Source: Clostridia bacterium
GTDB taxonomy: Bacteria; Bacillota; Clostridia; UMGS1883
Assembly (NCBI GenBank): GCA_045596985.1
Contig: JAZODM010000019.1
Span: 1 to 54,303, forward strand
Direction of reading: 5' to 3'
DNA: 54,303 nt
The notes under the pieces are model-generated. The model saw nothing but the letters and a program-made list of their open reading frames with translations, was not told where the DNA came from and ran no database searches. The position numbers were made by a program, and so were the translations under genes. Shown one piece after another: positions 54,251 through 54,303 of this stretch (positions are counted from its first letter, which is position 1; each line of letters opens with the position of its first letter).

Positions 54251-54303
54251 TTTTATAAAAAAAAATTTTAATTTTTTTAAACTCTTTTTAAACAGTCAAA
54301 AAT

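Overview
This is an origin-proximal chromosomal segment of an endospore-forming Firmicute with Clostridia-type gene content (ypeB, ytvI-like, cotF-like, jag, ctsR-mcsA-mcsB-clpC). The taxon is an inference only. The right end holds the classical origin cluster: dnaA (+) facing rpmH-rnpA-yidD-yidC-jag-mnmE-mnmG-rsmG-ParB paralog-soj-spo0J-serS (all -). It also has two perfect parS 16-mers and consensus-like rpmH and dnaA promoters.

The rest is mostly housekeeping:
- gdhA (5' truncated by the window edge)
- an amino-sugar block (ASKHA kinase-nagA, a DUF2974-like hydrolase, glmM)
- a dGTPase-like gene, pfkA, and the CtsR regulon operon with its operator
- a cell-surface/spore block (SLH-transglutaminase-like protein, CotF-like protein, secreted phosphodiester-glycosidase-like protein)
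- SDR/LUD/ACT genes, rlmB, comEC, and two small RHH genes
- ACT-hom-lysC, rsmI, a YabB-like methyltransferase, and a 57-aa ferredoxin missed by the ORF track
- an EIIC-like membrane protein, dusB, proBAC, an amino-acid ABC transporter, ypeB, an ApgM-family mutase, ytvI-like, and a DUF4130 protein

I recognised no rRNA, tRNA, CRISPR, transposase, integrase or phage structural genes.

The most unusual signals are:
1. A three-copy interspersed repeat of about 160-185 nt, built from a chain of hairpins. Each copy abuts a stop codon in sense orientation, and compensated base-pair swaps separate the copies. A solo module serves as the cotF terminator.
2. An in-frame fusion of an XRE-type HTH to phosphoglucosamine mutase, with a perfect 11-bp-arm inverted repeat upstream.
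3. A dnaA leader with no canonical DnaA box but six same-strand T(T/A)(A/T)TTAACA 9-mers around dnaA. DnaA's own domain IV signature is altered (KDHATAIYA where E. coli and B. subtilis have RDHTTV(L/I)HA).
4. A ComEC whose C-terminal metallo-beta-lactamase motifs are degenerate, preceded by two orphan ribbon-helix-helix genes.

All calls come from reading the sequence and ORF translations. No searches or computations were run, and family assignments are from memory of conserved motifs.
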